From assembly GCA_964016885.1 (NCBI GenBank), contig OZ024755.1, positions 11,470,001-11,534,000 of the forward strand: a stretch of 64,000 nt of DNA. The letters are read 5' to 3'. Position numbers and translations under genes: made by a program. Under the pieces are notes generated by a model. The model saw nothing but the letters and a program-made list of their open reading frames with translations, ran no database searches and was not told where the DNA came from. The stretch is from Eledone cirrhosa (Eukaryota). Shown here piece after piece: positions 12,337-27,748 of the stretch; positions within the stretch are counted from its first letter, which is position 1, and every line of letters begins with the position of its first letter.

Positions 12337-13080
12337 GGCACACGTGTAAACGCATAGGGTATATATGTAAGAGTGTCACGTGAAAGAATATGTGCGCACG
12401 GATAAACATGGGCACGCGAATGCACATTTGTGCACATCATGCATGTAAGAGCTTTAGTGTCATCGAATGCGTGCTAAAGTGCATTAGCGATTGACTAAAC
12501 ATCAACCAAATCGATTTCAACAGTTCGAGAAGGCCTACACAAACCACCTCTGATTGAATTATTTTTAAAAAGAGAGATGACAAATAAAGAAGTATATGTG
12601 TTTCGGGGTTCCATTCACTAAACAGTAATTAGATCGATATAACCAATCAGAGGATACCTCGTAGAGGACCTGCGCAGTTCATGGACATCCTCATCTTCCA
12701 CCTCATCTGATTGAATTATTTCAAAATATGATATTACAAATATATAAGTTTATCTATTTGGCAAATACATAAGCAGAAATAATAGTGTGTACCTACCTGA
12801 TAGAGGTATATCGTGTAAGTCCCCAAAGATACACACACAAAAGTATATATCGTACGAAAGTTGGATGAAAAGTTCATATGCTTACTATGAAGGATTGATG
12901 CTAGAGCTGTGAAATCTTGCATACACTAATTTCAACTCATCTTATTACTAACTAGAAAGACCAATGGATATATTGTTTCCTCCGTCCGATTTGACGATCG
13001 ACTTCTTATTAGTAACTGCACGGTTCCTTTCCAGTGACTATTTTGACCCCCCCCCCCCACACACACACACATATATACAC

Positions 13081-13114
<34 letters not shown>

Positions 13115-13473
13115 CAATAAAAAAGGACATTCCTAAGGCTAGATATATTTAAATCATATTGACTTAACGAAGAAAGACAAATTGTATTGACTATTTGTTG
13201 GGCTAATCCCTACATCCGATTTTTTTATTAACCCTACAACATTTCAATTCATTAATGAAGAACTTGGAGGGATTTACTAAAATTATTATTTCCTCACTCA
13301 GATAATAATAACAGCATCTGGTTATTATATATAATTATGTTGGAAGATTTTAATTTAGATAGGAAACCTTTACAATGTATGATATTGTTTCATGGAACCA
13401 GATCCGGTTTTAGCGGAGTTGGTATTAAAAGGATTTTAACTTCTCTGATTGATGAAATCAACAGTAGTAATAA

Positions 13474-13904
13474 CGGTTTCTGATTTAGGCACAAGGACAA
13501 TTTTTTGGGGGGAGGGGGGGGGGGGATTTACCTCAGTGCGTTACTGGTACATTATTTCATCGCCCTCGTAAGGATGAAAGGCAAAGCTAACCCCAGCGGA
13601 ATTTGAACTCAAAACGCAAAGGGTCGTAAACTTTAAGCTACAAAGCATGTCATTCGACGCTCTACCAAGATACTGGCAATCCACTACCGTTACAACAACA
13701 ACAATAATGATAATTGTTTCTACTTTTTGCACAAGGCCAGCAATTATCCCAGTGCATTACCGGTACTTTATTTTATCGACCACGTAAGGATGAAAGGCAA
13801 AGTTAAAAGTTAACCTGAGCGGGATTTGAACTCACACCGTAAAGGGCCGTAATTCTAATCTGCGAAGCATGTTTTCCGACGCTCTACCGATAACTGCCAA
13901 TCCA
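13474..13904 (-). mobile_element. SINE family 1, two tandem copies
   Basis: Reverse complement of the family consensus. Confidence 0.85.
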
Positions 13905-14282
13905 ATACTCTTACAACAACAACAATAATAATGATGATAACAACTTACTCAGAAATGACAGCCAGTTAGAGTCAAAAGTCAACAACGAAAGAAATGTCAG
14001 CGACTTACCTAAAACGACATAAAGAGAATTTTAGATTATTGATGAGATTTTTACTAAACTAAATTTAACAAGACAAAAACAAATTCTCAAAAGAAATATC
14101 ATCGTAAGCATCCCCAAATTTAACATACACTAAATCAATATTATAATAATAATATTCGACATTCATCTCATCGTCTTCATTATCTCGTGTTTTATTTATA
14201 AGAATTGCATAGCCCATTGATTTATGGACTGAATAAGTAATATTCGGTTTCTTCACCAAACTTCAAAACTATATATATGCAC

Positions 14283-14343
<61 letters not shown>

Positions 14344-14526
14344 GGAGCGAGAGTATATATATATATATACACGCGCAATTCTCGTATAAATTATAGATGC
14401 TCCCGTCCTTTAATCTTACATTTGTCTTACGTGATTTCTAAATAAAAATTTAGATCGTTTTTGACAGATCATAGCGGTGGTATGAGACGGACAAAAGACC
14501 CAGTACAATCATTATTATAGAGAGGG

Positions 14527-14716
14527 CGGTGAATTGGCAGTATCTGTAGAGGGTTGGACGCCATGCTTTCTAGCATAGTTACGTCCCTTTACAGTCCGAG
14601 TTCAAATCCCGCCGCGATTAACTTTGCCTTTCATCCTTACGGGGTCGATAAAATAAAGTACCAGTAATGTACTGGGTAATTGCTGGCCTTGTGCCTAAAG
14701 TAGAAACAATTATTAT
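14527..14716 (+). mobile_element. SINE family 1
   Basis: Matches the family consensus. Confidence 0.88.
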
Positions 14717-14960
14717 AGAGATTTATATTTCATATCTCGTCTCCACCCCCTAAATTCCTTGCAATGCACACGGCTTTGACACGCCCACTTGGGGTGGGTA
14801 CTGATGCTGACCTCAACACAATACTGAAGAAGCAGATTTATGATGAAACGTAGTGCAGTCTTTGTATATATCAGGGTAGACGCGGGGATGATTGAGTGGT
14901 TAATATGCTTGCTTCTTAAATATCAGGACTTGTGGCATTTTGTAAGAGTCTCTTGACCAT

Positions 14961-15256
14961 CAGGATTGGATTTAGACCTTGGGGGACCCGGGGCACTTTA
15001 GGTTTGGGGTATCTCTCATACAGAAAAAAAATAGAATACACAGCAGCGCCCCCAACGACCAACAATTTAATATATCAAAATTAGCTTAGCGCAAGTAATG
15101 GAAATTGAAAAGTTATACGTACAGGTATCAAATTCTAAATTTCTAACCATCCTAAAATTAAAAAGCACAGCTGAGGGCACAAATAAATTGCTACCGCCGT
15201 CGACAGTAGGGAACCCACGTCAATTGCCCCCTTCCCCCCAACTAAATCCGGCCTTG
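14961..15256. mobile_element. hAT-like MITE relic
   Basis: CAGGATTGGATTTAG ... CTAAATCCGGCCTTG imperfect TIRs. Flanks TTGACCAT / TTCATCAT resemble a decayed 8-bp TSD. Confidence 0.5.
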
Positions 15257-15479
15257 TTCATCATAACAATGGGTTTATCCAAGTCTTCTGAGTAAAAATG
15301 GATAGATGGAAACTGTTAAGCCCGCTTAATGAATTGTACCTAAAATAGATATCAATTATGTAGGGTATACGAAAGTCGACATCTCATAATGGTCAGTGAG
15401 GAAGACCATATGAGAACCTTGCGAATCACAGACATCAACAATGTAAGGCATGTCATGGTATTCTGTATCAAAGATGTTA

Positions 15480-15667
15480 ATAATTGTTTCAACATTTGGC
15501 ACAAGGCCAGCAATTATACCAGTGCATTACTGGTACTTCATTTTATTGAACCCGTAAGGATGAAAGGCAAAGTTAACCTCGGCGGAAATTGAACTAAGAA
15601 CGTCAAGGGCCGTAACTATGCTTCAAAGCATGCCGTCCAACCCTCTACCAATACTGCCAATCCACCG
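15480..15667 (-). mobile_element. SINE family 1 inserted in an old minisatellite
   Basis: Matches the family consensus. Confidence 0.88.
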
Positions 15668-17692
15668 TAGACAATATGATAATCTTGTATATCTCATACA
15701 TTAATGTAGGCCATGAAATAACTTTCCATATCACAAATCTTAACAATGCTAGCCATATCGTAACCTTCCATTTCATAGGTGTTAACTATATAAGTCATAC
15801 CACAACCCTGCATATCATGGATCTTAACAATAGAAGCTACGTCGTAAACGTTGCATTTATAGTTAATAATACTGGATATGTCATAACTATTCATTTTATA
15901 TGTGTTAACCTTGCACCTCACAGACATTGACAATTCTGAGCATGTCATAACCTTCTGTATCAGACGTTAACAATGCATACCAGATGTTAAACTTGCATAT
16001 CAACCGTTTTACAATGCTGTACATGTGATAACGTTGCATATCAAAAGACATAATGCTGGAAAAACGTGAGCAGTACAAACCACTTCATATGCATGTATGT
16101 CAGAAGCTTTGACAATGCAGGCCTCATATTTGTGTATCTGTAGTTGTCAACGGTTAAGTTCACCTGATAATAATGCATAACAATGTCAACAATTTGTATT
16201 TATTATGCACACGTATGCAACACCAAGGTTTGGCTCACCGAATTCACTTGTTCTACATTCCTGGCAATGCGTTCCTAAACCCACCCACAAGCAGTCCTTT
16301 AACTATCCATCTGTTTGATAGTTTAAAATAGGGAAGATAACGGAATATTGAGAAGGGGGGGGGGTGATAAAAATCAATTGAAACTCAACAAACATAAAAA
16401 ATCTAAAGATGAAAGAATAGAAGAAAAAGAATAAACTCTATGAATAACCAACAAAGAGGTTCTTATGGGAGAGGAAGGCCTGCACGGTAGGTAGCTAGGC
16501 ATGTACTAACGCACTATAGATCAGGCGTGTGCAACCTTTTTCGAGCAGTGGGCCGCATATGATGTGACTCCTCATAAGTCGGGCCGAACTACTAAAACAG
16601 AAGGCACTTGCAATGCAAAGGGACTGAAAACGAAACCACGTGGCTGCGAATCAAACTCTTTAACCACACAGCCAGTAGTGTTTATCGCGAAGATTGGACA
16701 GCAATTTCTGGCAGGTTGAGCGATGAGTGTAAGCGATATAAGTGGTGTTTTCGTTTAAGAATTTTCTGATTAAAAATAAGAGCAGTATTTGTGGTGAGGC
16801 TTATTATTTTCATAGGTGGTTACTGTGTTAATATAGAACCTAAATGAAGGTAGCGTAAATGTGTTGTGTTTGTATAGTACTGTGTTAGTATGATATTTTT
16901 ATAGAAGCTGTGTCAGTACAGCTGTGTTAGTATAGCGCTGTGTTAGTATAGTACTGTGTTAGTATAGTACTGTGTTAGTATAGTACTGTGTTAGTATAGT
17001 ACTGTGTTAGTATAGTACTGTGTTGTTGGGTTGGTACAGAAACCGTGTGTCGTGAGGTTAGTATAGTACTGTTGTGACAGTACAGGACTGTGTTGGTATA
17101 GAAGCTGGGCGTGCTGAGGTTAGTGTGGTAGTGTTGTGTTGTTATAGTACTGTATTAGTGTTGTGTTAGTATAGAAGCTGTATATAGTGAATGCCACTTC
17201 TAGTTCTAACTCCATGAATGGAATTCCGAGAAAGTAAAGACAAAAGTTCCAAACATATAAGTAAAGAAGATAGAGTTTCTGGGATTCTTTACAAATATTT
17301 TGTTTAGACATACCAAAAACAAACCGCCCACGCTGAGAGGAATCTAAAATATTTCACCTACCCGTGTACCCTACAGCTGGCCAATAAGTCTCGTATCATA
17401 TTACCAGCCCCTGACCAATTTTTCACACCTTAGAAAATAGAGAAATCGCTTAGAAGCCTAGAAGTTCTAGAGCAGTGTTTCTTAGGGTAGTATGCATGAA
17501 GGCACCGGTGAGGTCTTACAAATATTTTGGTGGTGGGTCGGACTTCAGAATGGGGCATATGTATTTGGCTATATACGTATAGCTTAGTGGTTAGAGTGTT
17601 GGACTCACAATCGTTATCTTCTTATTGTAGCAACATGACTGATGGAGGAAATGTATTGTGTGTATGTTTGTAAATTTTAATAACGCGCACAC

Positions 17693-17740
<48 letters not shown>

Positions 17741-18536
17741 GTAAAACTAATATATTTCTTCATTGTACTGTAATGTTTGCTTTGTTGTTTCCGTTTACTT
17801 TTTGCATACACACACATGCCGTAGTCTTATGGTTGATACTAACTTTGTCCAACCATGGTGGGGCACATGCTTTTCTTTTTAAATCAATGTTCGTTGTTGA
17901 ACGGAAAGGTTGGGAAATACTCTTCTTGGGAAATAAACGTGTCAGCCTCTTTAACACTTTTATACTAAACCAGCACAAACTACACCATGTTTTATAATAC
18001 AAAGCCTATCTGTTGAAGTTAGTATCTTAATAACTCAGTATATACGGAACGCTCCGAGAAGATTTTTGAAGTTATTTGCGCAAGATGTCTTACAGTAGGA
18101 AAAAGTGGTGGGGGAGGATCGAATCTGGGAACTCATAATTGCGAACCGAACTTCTTAACCACTCAGCCATGTCTATGCCCATCCATATACATGTCATACT
18201 TGCAAAGATACAAACATACGAATTATTAGGGAACATTGCGAATTAAACTTACGACTCTCAATGAAACATTTAAGCATATGAGAGTATACAAAAAGAGATT
18301 CCTACATGTCATAAATAAAACAATATGGTGGCATCTAATGTCATGACAGAAGTTAGGAGCAACATTTTTTTAGTTTGGGAGAAGAGTTGGAAATAGAGAT
18401 TTACCAAAAAACATGAAAATAAAAATAGAAATATAAGATTATAAAAAAACAACGCAAAATGAGGCAAAAAAAAAAAAAAAAAAATGTCAGTTTTATACCA
18501 CTGTCGAATGAATAGGTAAGTTGTATAACATTGCCT

Positions 18537-18591
<55 letters not shown>

Positions 18592-18771
18592 CATATTTGT
18601 ACTTGCTCACGAGTAAGCTCAGATGCACATACATTCCTCTATACATACACACACAAACAGACTAACGCAGATATATACATACATGCACACACACACAGAT
18701 AAGTATGTGTGTGTGTATATATATATATATATATGTATAACATTGCCTTATGATGTATTTGTGGGTGTGTG

Positions 18772-18808
<37 letters not shown>

Positions 18809-18922
18809 TTGTGCTTGCTCACGAGTAAGCTCAGATGCACATACATTCCTCTATAAAATATACACACACACAAACAGACTGACGCAGATATATACATACA
18901 TGCACACACACACAGATAAGTA

Positions 18923-18962
<40 letters not shown>

Positions 18963-19054
18963 CATACATACATATAGACAGTCACAGATATATACATACC
19001 TGCACACATAACTACATTTGCACACGAACACACACGTATGTATGTGTGTGTGTG

Positions 19055-19125
<71 letters not shown>

Positions 19126-19128
<3 letters not shown>

Positions 19129-19428
19129 AAAAAGTTTAACCCCGACGGCAGCGCTCAAGCCGTTTCGAAGGCTATTTCTGGACTATTTCGAGAAATAGCC
19201 GTCGAAACGGCTTGAGCGCTGCCGTCGGGGTTAAACTTTTTCCTGTTACCCACTCTACTACCCTAAGTATTGACTACTCTGGTGAGTTATGGTCCATCTG
19301 GTTCCTTACCACACCTCTTCGTTATATATACACATATATATATATGTGTATATATACATATATGTATGTATATATATATATATATGTGTGTATATATATA
19401 TATATGTATGTGTATATATATATATAGA

Positions 19429-19467
<39 letters not shown>

Positions 19468-19512
19468 ATATATATATGTGTATATATATATATATATATG
19501 TGTGTATATATA

Positions 19513-19551
<39 letters not shown>

Positions 19552-19692
19552 ATATATATATATAACGAATGAGGTGTACTCAATACTTATCTATATATAT
19601 CTATATACCGCACCAGAGTACTCAATACTTAGGGTAATAGAGTGGGTAACAGTAAAAAGTTTAACCCCGACGGCAGAGCTCAAGCCATTTCG

Positions 19693-19693
<1 letters not shown>
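19126..19693. mobile_element. Family A fold-back copy (19126-19323) and partial copy (about 19564-19693)
   Basis: Same sequence family, palindromic, within (TA)n. Confidence 0.85.
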
Positions 19694-19734
<41 letters not shown>

Positions 19735-19959
19735 CATACACACACGCATACATACACACATACATACATACATACATACATACATACACACAGAGATGAT
19801 AGGCAGGGCACGCTATTCTTTATGTGGAAGGCGTCTCTAAGTAACTCTCTGCCAATGATTTATATGTAATAATGAATAATGTTTGAGCATGTTTCATTTG
19901 TAGGCTCATACACGACAGACATGTGGTGAACACGTGTATATGTACAACTACATGACCAT

Positions 19960-19982
19960 GTTTGGAGTTTACATATATACAT

Positions 19983-20018
<36 letters not shown>

Positions 20019-20030
20019 TACATATACAGT

Positions 20031-20071
<41 letters not shown>

Positions 20072-20172
20072 TACATATACACTATACATATATATATATA
20101 TACATACATACACACACATACATATAGAGTATACATATATATATATATATACATACACACATACATATACAG

Positions 20173-20204
<32 letters not shown>

Positions 20205-20224
20205 CACACACATACATATACAGT

Positions 20225-20261
<37 letters not shown>

Positions 20262-20515
20262 CACACATACATATACAGTATACATATATATATATATATA
20301 TATATACATACACACACATACATATACAGTATACATATATATATATACACATACATGCATATACAGTATACATATATATATACACATACATATACAGTAT
20401 ACATATGTATATATATATACACATACATGCATATACAGTATACATATATATATACACATACATATACAGTATACATATATATATATATACACATACACAC
20501 TCATATACAGTATAC

Positions 20516-20548
<33 letters not shown>

Positions 20549-20977
20549 GTATACATATATATATATATACACACACACATATACAGTATACATATATATA
20601 TATATATACACACACATATACAGTATACATATATATATATACACACACATATACAGTATACATATATATATATATACGCACACATACATATATATATACG
20701 CACACATACATATACAGTATACATATATATATACATACACACACACATATACAGTATACATATATACACACACACACACACATATAGTATACACACACAC
20801 ACACCAGTATCGGTAGAGGGTCGGACGCCATGCTTTCCAGCATAGTTACGTCCCTTTGCGATCTGAGTTCAAATCCCGCCGAGGTTGACTTTGCCTTTCA
20901 TCCTTACGGGGTCGATAAAATAAAGTACCAGTAATGCACTGGGTATTTGCTGGCCTTGTGCCTAAAGTAGAAACAAT

Positions 20978-21009
<32 letters not shown>

Positions 21010-22770
21010 CATATATATATTATATATAATATATATATATTATATATATATACATACATATATAATATATATATACATTATATATATATACTATATATAT
21101 ATACATACATATATAATATATATATACATACATATATATACTATATATAATATATATATACTATATATATATACATACATATATAATATATATATACTAT
21201 ATATATATACATACATATATAATATATATATACTTTATATATATACATACATATATAATATATATATACTATATATATATACATACATATATAATATATA
21301 TATACTATATATATATACATACATATATAATATATATATACTATATATATGTACATACATATATAATATATATATACTATATATATATACATACATATAT
21401 AATATATATATACTATATATATATACATACATATATATACTATATATTATATATATATACTATATATATATACATACATATATAATATATATATACTATA
21501 TATATATACATACATATATATACTATATACTATATATATATATACATACATATATAATATATATATACTATATATATATACATACATATATATACTATAT
21601 ATTATATATAGATACTATATATATATACATACATATATAATATATATATACTATATATATATACATACATATATATACTATATATATATACTATATATAT
21701 ATAATATATATATACATCCATAATATATATATACTATATATATATACATACATATATATACTATATATATATACTATATATATATACATCCATAATATAT
21801 ATACATATACATCCATAATATATATATACTATATATATATACATACATATATATACTATATATATATACTATATATATACATATACTATATATATACATA
21901 TACATCCATAATATATATATACTATATATATATACATACATATATATACTATATATATATAATATATATATATATACATCCATAATATATATAATATACA
22001 TATATATATAGTATATATTATATATATATAATATATATATATACATACATATATAATATATATATATACTATATATATAGTATATATTATATATATATAA
22101 TATATATTATATATATATTATATATATATAATATATATTATATATATATAATTTATATTATATATATATAATATATATTATATATATATAATATATATTA
22201 TATATATATAATATATATATAATATATATATAATATATATAATATATATATTATATATATATAATATATATTATATATATATAATATATATTATATACAT
22301 ATAATATATATAATATATATTATATATATATAATATATATTATATATATATATAATATATATATATATAATATATATTATATATATATAATATATATTAT
22401 ATATATATTATATTATATATATATAATATATATTATATATATATATAATATATATTATATATAATATATATTATATATATATAATATATATTATATATAT
22501 ATTATATATATATAATATATATATAATATATATTATATATATATTATATATATATAATATATATTATATATATATAATATATATTATATATATATAATAT
22601 ATATTATATATATATAATATATATTATATATATATATAATATATATATATATATATAATATATATTATATATATATATAATATATATATATACATATATT
22701 ATATATATATATACATATATTATATATATATATACATATATTATATATATATATAATATATATATATATA

Positions 22771-22801
<31 letters not shown>

Positions 22802-23184
22802 ATATATACATATATATATATACATATATATATATACATATATATATATACATATACATATATACATATATATATATACATATACATATATATATATACA
22901 TATACATATATATATATACATATATATATACATATATATATATACATATATATATACATATATATATACATATATATATACATATATATATACATATATA
23001 TATATATACATATACTATATATTATATATATACTATATATATATATAATATATATATATATATATACACATATATATATATATACACATATATATATATA
23101 TACACATATATATATATATATATATAGTATATATCATATATATATAGTATATATTATTTATATATAGTATATTATATATATATA

Positions 23185-23228
<44 letters not shown>

Positions 23229-23240
23229 ATATATATAGAT
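19960..23240. repeat. Large compound (TA)/(CA) microsatellite tract interrupted by one SINE
   Basis: Directly visible. Confidence 0.95.
20805..20980 (+). mobile_element. SINE family 1
   Basis: Matches the family consensus. Confidence 0.88.
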
Positions 23241-24341
23241 ATGCAAATATATGTACACCATTAGCAGCTGCAATGCAGTGTGTTATCCACAGCTGTTATT
23301 GTCAAGAGTGGTGGCGGTGGGGTTGGCAATCACAATCGCCATTGCATCTACAACATGGCACAATGAAATATGTGATGTGTATGCATATGTATACTGCTGA
23401 CTGCACAAGTGCATCAGCTACTGGGTGGGATTTTTTTATAGCCTCATGATTGACATCTTTATAGTACAGCTACTGCTGTTGCTCGCGGTGGCAACGACCC
23501 TACTCGTTTTGGCGGTGTTGTTGCTGTTGATGGTGCAGTTTATGGTGTTGGTGCCAACGTTGCAGTTTATGGTGGTGCAGTTTGTGGTGGTCGTGCTAGT
23601 GTGTCTGATATACCTCATAGACCTACTGCTGATTTCACAGATGCAGAGAGGAGAGGAGATAGAGAGGGGAAAGAGAGGAGAGGAGAGGAGAGAGAGAGAG
23701 GAGAGAGAGGAGAGAGAGAGAGGAGAGAGAGGAGAGAGAGAGGAGAGAGAGAGGAGAGAGAGAGGAGAGAGAGAGAAGAGAGAGAGGAGAGGAGAGGAGA
23801 GAGAGAGAGAGAAGAGAGAGAAGAGAGAGAGGAGAGAGAGAGATGGAATGGATAGCTTTCGATTTCAACGAAAAGTGTTTTGGAACAGCTTGCAATTGAA
23901 ATTTACGTGTGTGGCTAAACATTTCACTGTCGCGTGTAGTTTTGGTGTAATTATTGGGGCGATCCAATGTGTGACTAGACTGACCGTTTGAATTACAGGT
24001 GCCAGACTTTTTCAAATGTTTTTCAAGTAATGGGTCTCATAACTTAACTAGCACAGGGCCACATTTATCCTAAATCCGGCGCAGTCCACAGGGTTTGGAA
24101 GCCACTGAAAGGGATAATTGTAAGGAAAAATAGTACATATAAGCATTTCCTTCAATTCATCGGAATTGCAACAGCCAACGAAATCTAGATATTTTATTGA
24201 TTGCAAATGACACTCAGTGCCGCATGTGGCCACCCGGTAAATTATTATGGTGTGTCGCAGGAAATTGAAATTTCCGCTCATAACTGAGCTCATGTCCAGA
24301 TTAAAAGAGGTGTTGGACTACCTGTAGTTGCTAATCTGATT

Positions 24342-24512
24342 TCATATTACCACCCGGGATTGCTCAATTTCGTTTACAACCTACCCCATCGCTGTTCATA
24401 TTACCACCCGGGATTGCTCAATTTCGTTTACAACCTACCCCATGGCTGGTCATATTACCACCCGGGATTGCTCAATTTCGTTTACAACCTACCCCATGGC
24501 TGGTCATATTAC
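24342..24512. repeat. 54-bp tandem repeat, about 3 copies
   Basis: TCATATTACCACCCGGGATTGCTCAATTTCGTTTACAACCTACCCCAT repeated. Confidence 0.9.
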
Positions 24513-25504
24513 CTCCCCTCTCTAATTTATCATAAATATATTCTTATGTTAACACATGATACATCTATTGCAATATAACACATGAAATGAAAGCTCGTCT
24601 GAAAGTCTGAAGGAAAACAAATTCCCCAAAAATGTTAATTATATTAAAACCCAAATAAAATATATCAAAACAGGCTCATAATATATTACAGAGAAACATT
24701 ATATAGTCGATTCAAGAGAGGAAGGTTTAGAATGTCCCATTTAAATTTATTTATGAGACACTCGATTAAAAATAAGGGTAAGATTATTATTATTATTATT
24801 GGGTAATTGCTGGCCTTGTGCCAAAAGTAGAAACAATTATTATCAAATCCAAATCCTGCCGAGGTTAGCTTTGCCTTTCATCCTTACGGGGTTAATAAAA
24901 TAAAGTACCAGTAATGCACCGAGGTGGATTTAATCGAGTTTCCCTTCACCCAAAATTGTGGTCCGACGCTCCACCCATTTTGCCAATCATCCAGCTTAAT
25001 ATTAAAACAGTTACATTGTTGATTACTTTCAAAATTAATTGAAAATCATAGGTAGTGTGTTTCTTTAGAAATATAGTAACACAAGGTTTATACTATACTT
25101 CCAAATGTCAGTATAATATGAATGTTATCTTAATAAAACCTTCTTGATAAAACCTTCTTGATTAGCTTGTGTGCTTCATTAGAAAAAAGATAACAAAAGG
25201 TGGGCGGGGGGGGGGGGGGGGTGAATTGAAACTAAAGGATAAAAGGTGTGGTGTCAGTACTTCAGAACAACGGAGGGGAGGGTGGCGTAGGAGTTAGCTG
25301 GATTTGAAACTGGGTCGTAATTAAATTACTCTGCAAAGTACATAAGCCTATATTTTCATTGCCCGTCCCCTTGTATATGACAGTAAGGTAGAGAAAATTG
25401 AACAGATTAGAATAGAACAGGGCCACATATTTTGTTGAACGTTCCTTGTATGCATACAAAAGTGTATATATACATACACACACACATCTATCTATCTATC
25501 TATC

Positions 25505-25548
<44 letters not shown>

Positions 25549-26383
25549 AATACGTATCTACACACGCATAAATACGTATAGATACTAACACCACAAACAC
25601 ATTCGAATAAATAGGTACAAACACATACATAAACACACAACGATATGTACATATCCATGAACTCATACAAACACAATCACACACTAATATAATCATCAGC
25701 GACCCTTACACATCTTAGGAAACGCTATTTACTACGACTACGACAAGAATCTTTCTGTGGCATTCCATTGCCTGTTATTACTGGAAGCCATGTGGAGCGA
25801 ACACAAGATATTATTTTCATTCTGGCATAACTGACGGTCATCCTAGAGTGATCTAAAGTATTTTGCTTTTCAGCTTGACATCATTCCGATGGTTATGTTG
25901 CGTGTTTCCCTTTCCATTTATTATTATTATTATTTGAGAAAAAGGGGTCGGGAGTTATCGTTTTAGAATTTTGGAAAGGGGCTATTCTATTCTACATTCA
26001 ATTATGGAACCAAGGCAGTAGGCACTAGACAGCTGTGCCGGTTGTCTGTTGTCACGGTCGAACGCTTCTGTATATATAACACACATATATCGTTTTCTGA
26101 GTAAAAACGCGGTAGTGACTTCGAAGTTTCAGCTAGGGTTTTAAAAAAACTTTGCGCTTCATCTGGCAGCCAGATAAAGTAACGAAGCTGAAACTTGGAA
26201 GACAGTGCTACTTTTCTACTAAATACATATAAACTACAGTCTACCTACAAATGTTGAGTGCTCATCCAATGTTAATGTTTGACATTTTAGTCTAGATTGA
26301 GTAATATGGTATTTTAAACTCCCGATCTTCTAATTATATATATTCTAGATTGAGTAATATGGTATTTTAAACACCCGTTCTTC

Positions 26384-26423
<40 letters not shown>

Positions 26424-26959
26424 GAAGAACGGGTGTTTAAAATACCATATTACTCAATCTAGACTAAAATCTCAAATATTAATAGAGAGAGAGTCTGCGG
26501 TAAATAACTGGAACATTCATTTTTATTTAACTGCCACGGACAGAATGGATAATACGGTTCAAGGAAAAACAACGAGCTATTGACTGAGCGAAATACCGAC
26601 TGTTTGAATTTACAAGTGCAGTCCAATTTTACTCACAAAAGTCAATAATAAGGGCGAATACACATACAAACCCATAAGGTAATAATTATCATTCCAATAT
26701 TCCGAAAACATAAAGAACATTCTGCGTGACTCAGTGTGTGACAAATTTGGCCTTTCGAATGACTTGTTCAACTCATATTTTGACAGCTGAGTGAACAGTG
26801 AAATAATGTGTCTTGCTCAAGGACACAAGGCGTCGCCTGGAATCAAACTGACGACATTACAATCATGAATTAAACGCCCTATCAACTAAGACACACGATT
26901 TCACAGTAATATACGCAATATTTAATTCATAGTAATATCTAAATATATAATATAGTTAT

Positions 26960-27240
26960 GTTGGTCCCACAACATCCAGGCCGAAACAAATGAGATCGTG
27001 TAGGTGTCACGACAAAAAACACACAGTCCACGCTGTAAATGTGGCCGTGTAGGCAACACGGTAAAAACCTCCCAGCCCCACACTGTAAATGTGGTTGGTG
27101 TTAGGAAGGGCATCCAACTGTAGAAAACCCGCCAGACAGTCCTATGCGAGCAAGACAACCACTCTTGCCTCAAGTGGGAAAACCCCCGTCCAAACCCATG
27201 CAAGCGTGGAACACGGACGCTAAACCTGATGATGATGATA
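26960..27240 (+). mobile_element. SINE-like family 4 with RTE-type 3' tail
   Basis: TGGTTGGTGTTAGGAAGGGCATCCA core and ACCCATGC..GGACG.TAAAC(GAT)n tail. Inverted copy at 49672-49970. Confidence 0.7.
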
Positions 27241-27435
27241 TAACAATGTCTAAATATATAACAATAAATTTGTGGATTTTTTAGCACAAGATGTTCAAGC
27301 GTTTAGCTATAAAGAAAGGCGAGAACGGGCGTTCAACTACGTATGCACAACACTAAGGAAGTTGTTTCTAATCGATAGGTCACCCTGTTCTATATAGCAG
27401 TTAAATATCTCACAAATCACACACAGTAACAATTG

Positions 27436-27625
27436 GCACTCCGTCAGTTACAACGATGAGTGTTCCAGTTGATCCGATCAATGCAACAGCCTGCTTGTGA
27501 AATTAACGTGCAAGTAGCTGGGCATTCGACATACACGGGTATCTTTGACGTAGTGTTCAGGGAGATTCAGCGTGACCCAGAATGTGACCTGGCTGGCCCT
27601 TCGAATTACAGGTGCAACTCATTTT
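27436..27625 (+). mobile_element. Older interspersed repeat (SINE-like family 2)
   Basis: CCGTC..ACGATGAGTGTTCC..GAAATTAACGTGCAAGT..GAATTACAGGT. Diverged copies near 5480, 6570, 34570, 50810 and 61930. Confidence 0.7.
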
Positions 27626-27748
27626 TACCTTATATTGCCGTTTTCACTCCTATATTTCTACCTTCCATTAGACTGGTATTCCTAAAGCAATTTCAACCTC
27701 ATATGTGACAATTCTTCATTAAGTCATTGCACATAATCCACATGACAG

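Noticed and set aside
12040-12370. CRISPR-like constant repeat GCACACGTGTAAACGCATAGGGTATATATG with variable spacers
   Set aside because: The spacers are related (TA)/(GT) microsatellites, the context is eukaryotic, and there are no cas genes.
10857-12440. Long ORFs of 323-513 aa with SSYLTHTL / EIARECVG repeats
   Set aside because: Translations of a 24-bp minisatellite and (CA)n, open in several frames, with no splice or coding support.
18520-18960. Tandem duplicated unit of about 210 bp
   Set aside because: Ordinary microsatellite-rich tandem duplication with no further signal.
24048-24330. 81-aa minus-strand ORF
   Set aside because: No recognisable protein. GCCGCATGTGGCC and TTGGACTACCTG look like hAT-type terminal remnants.
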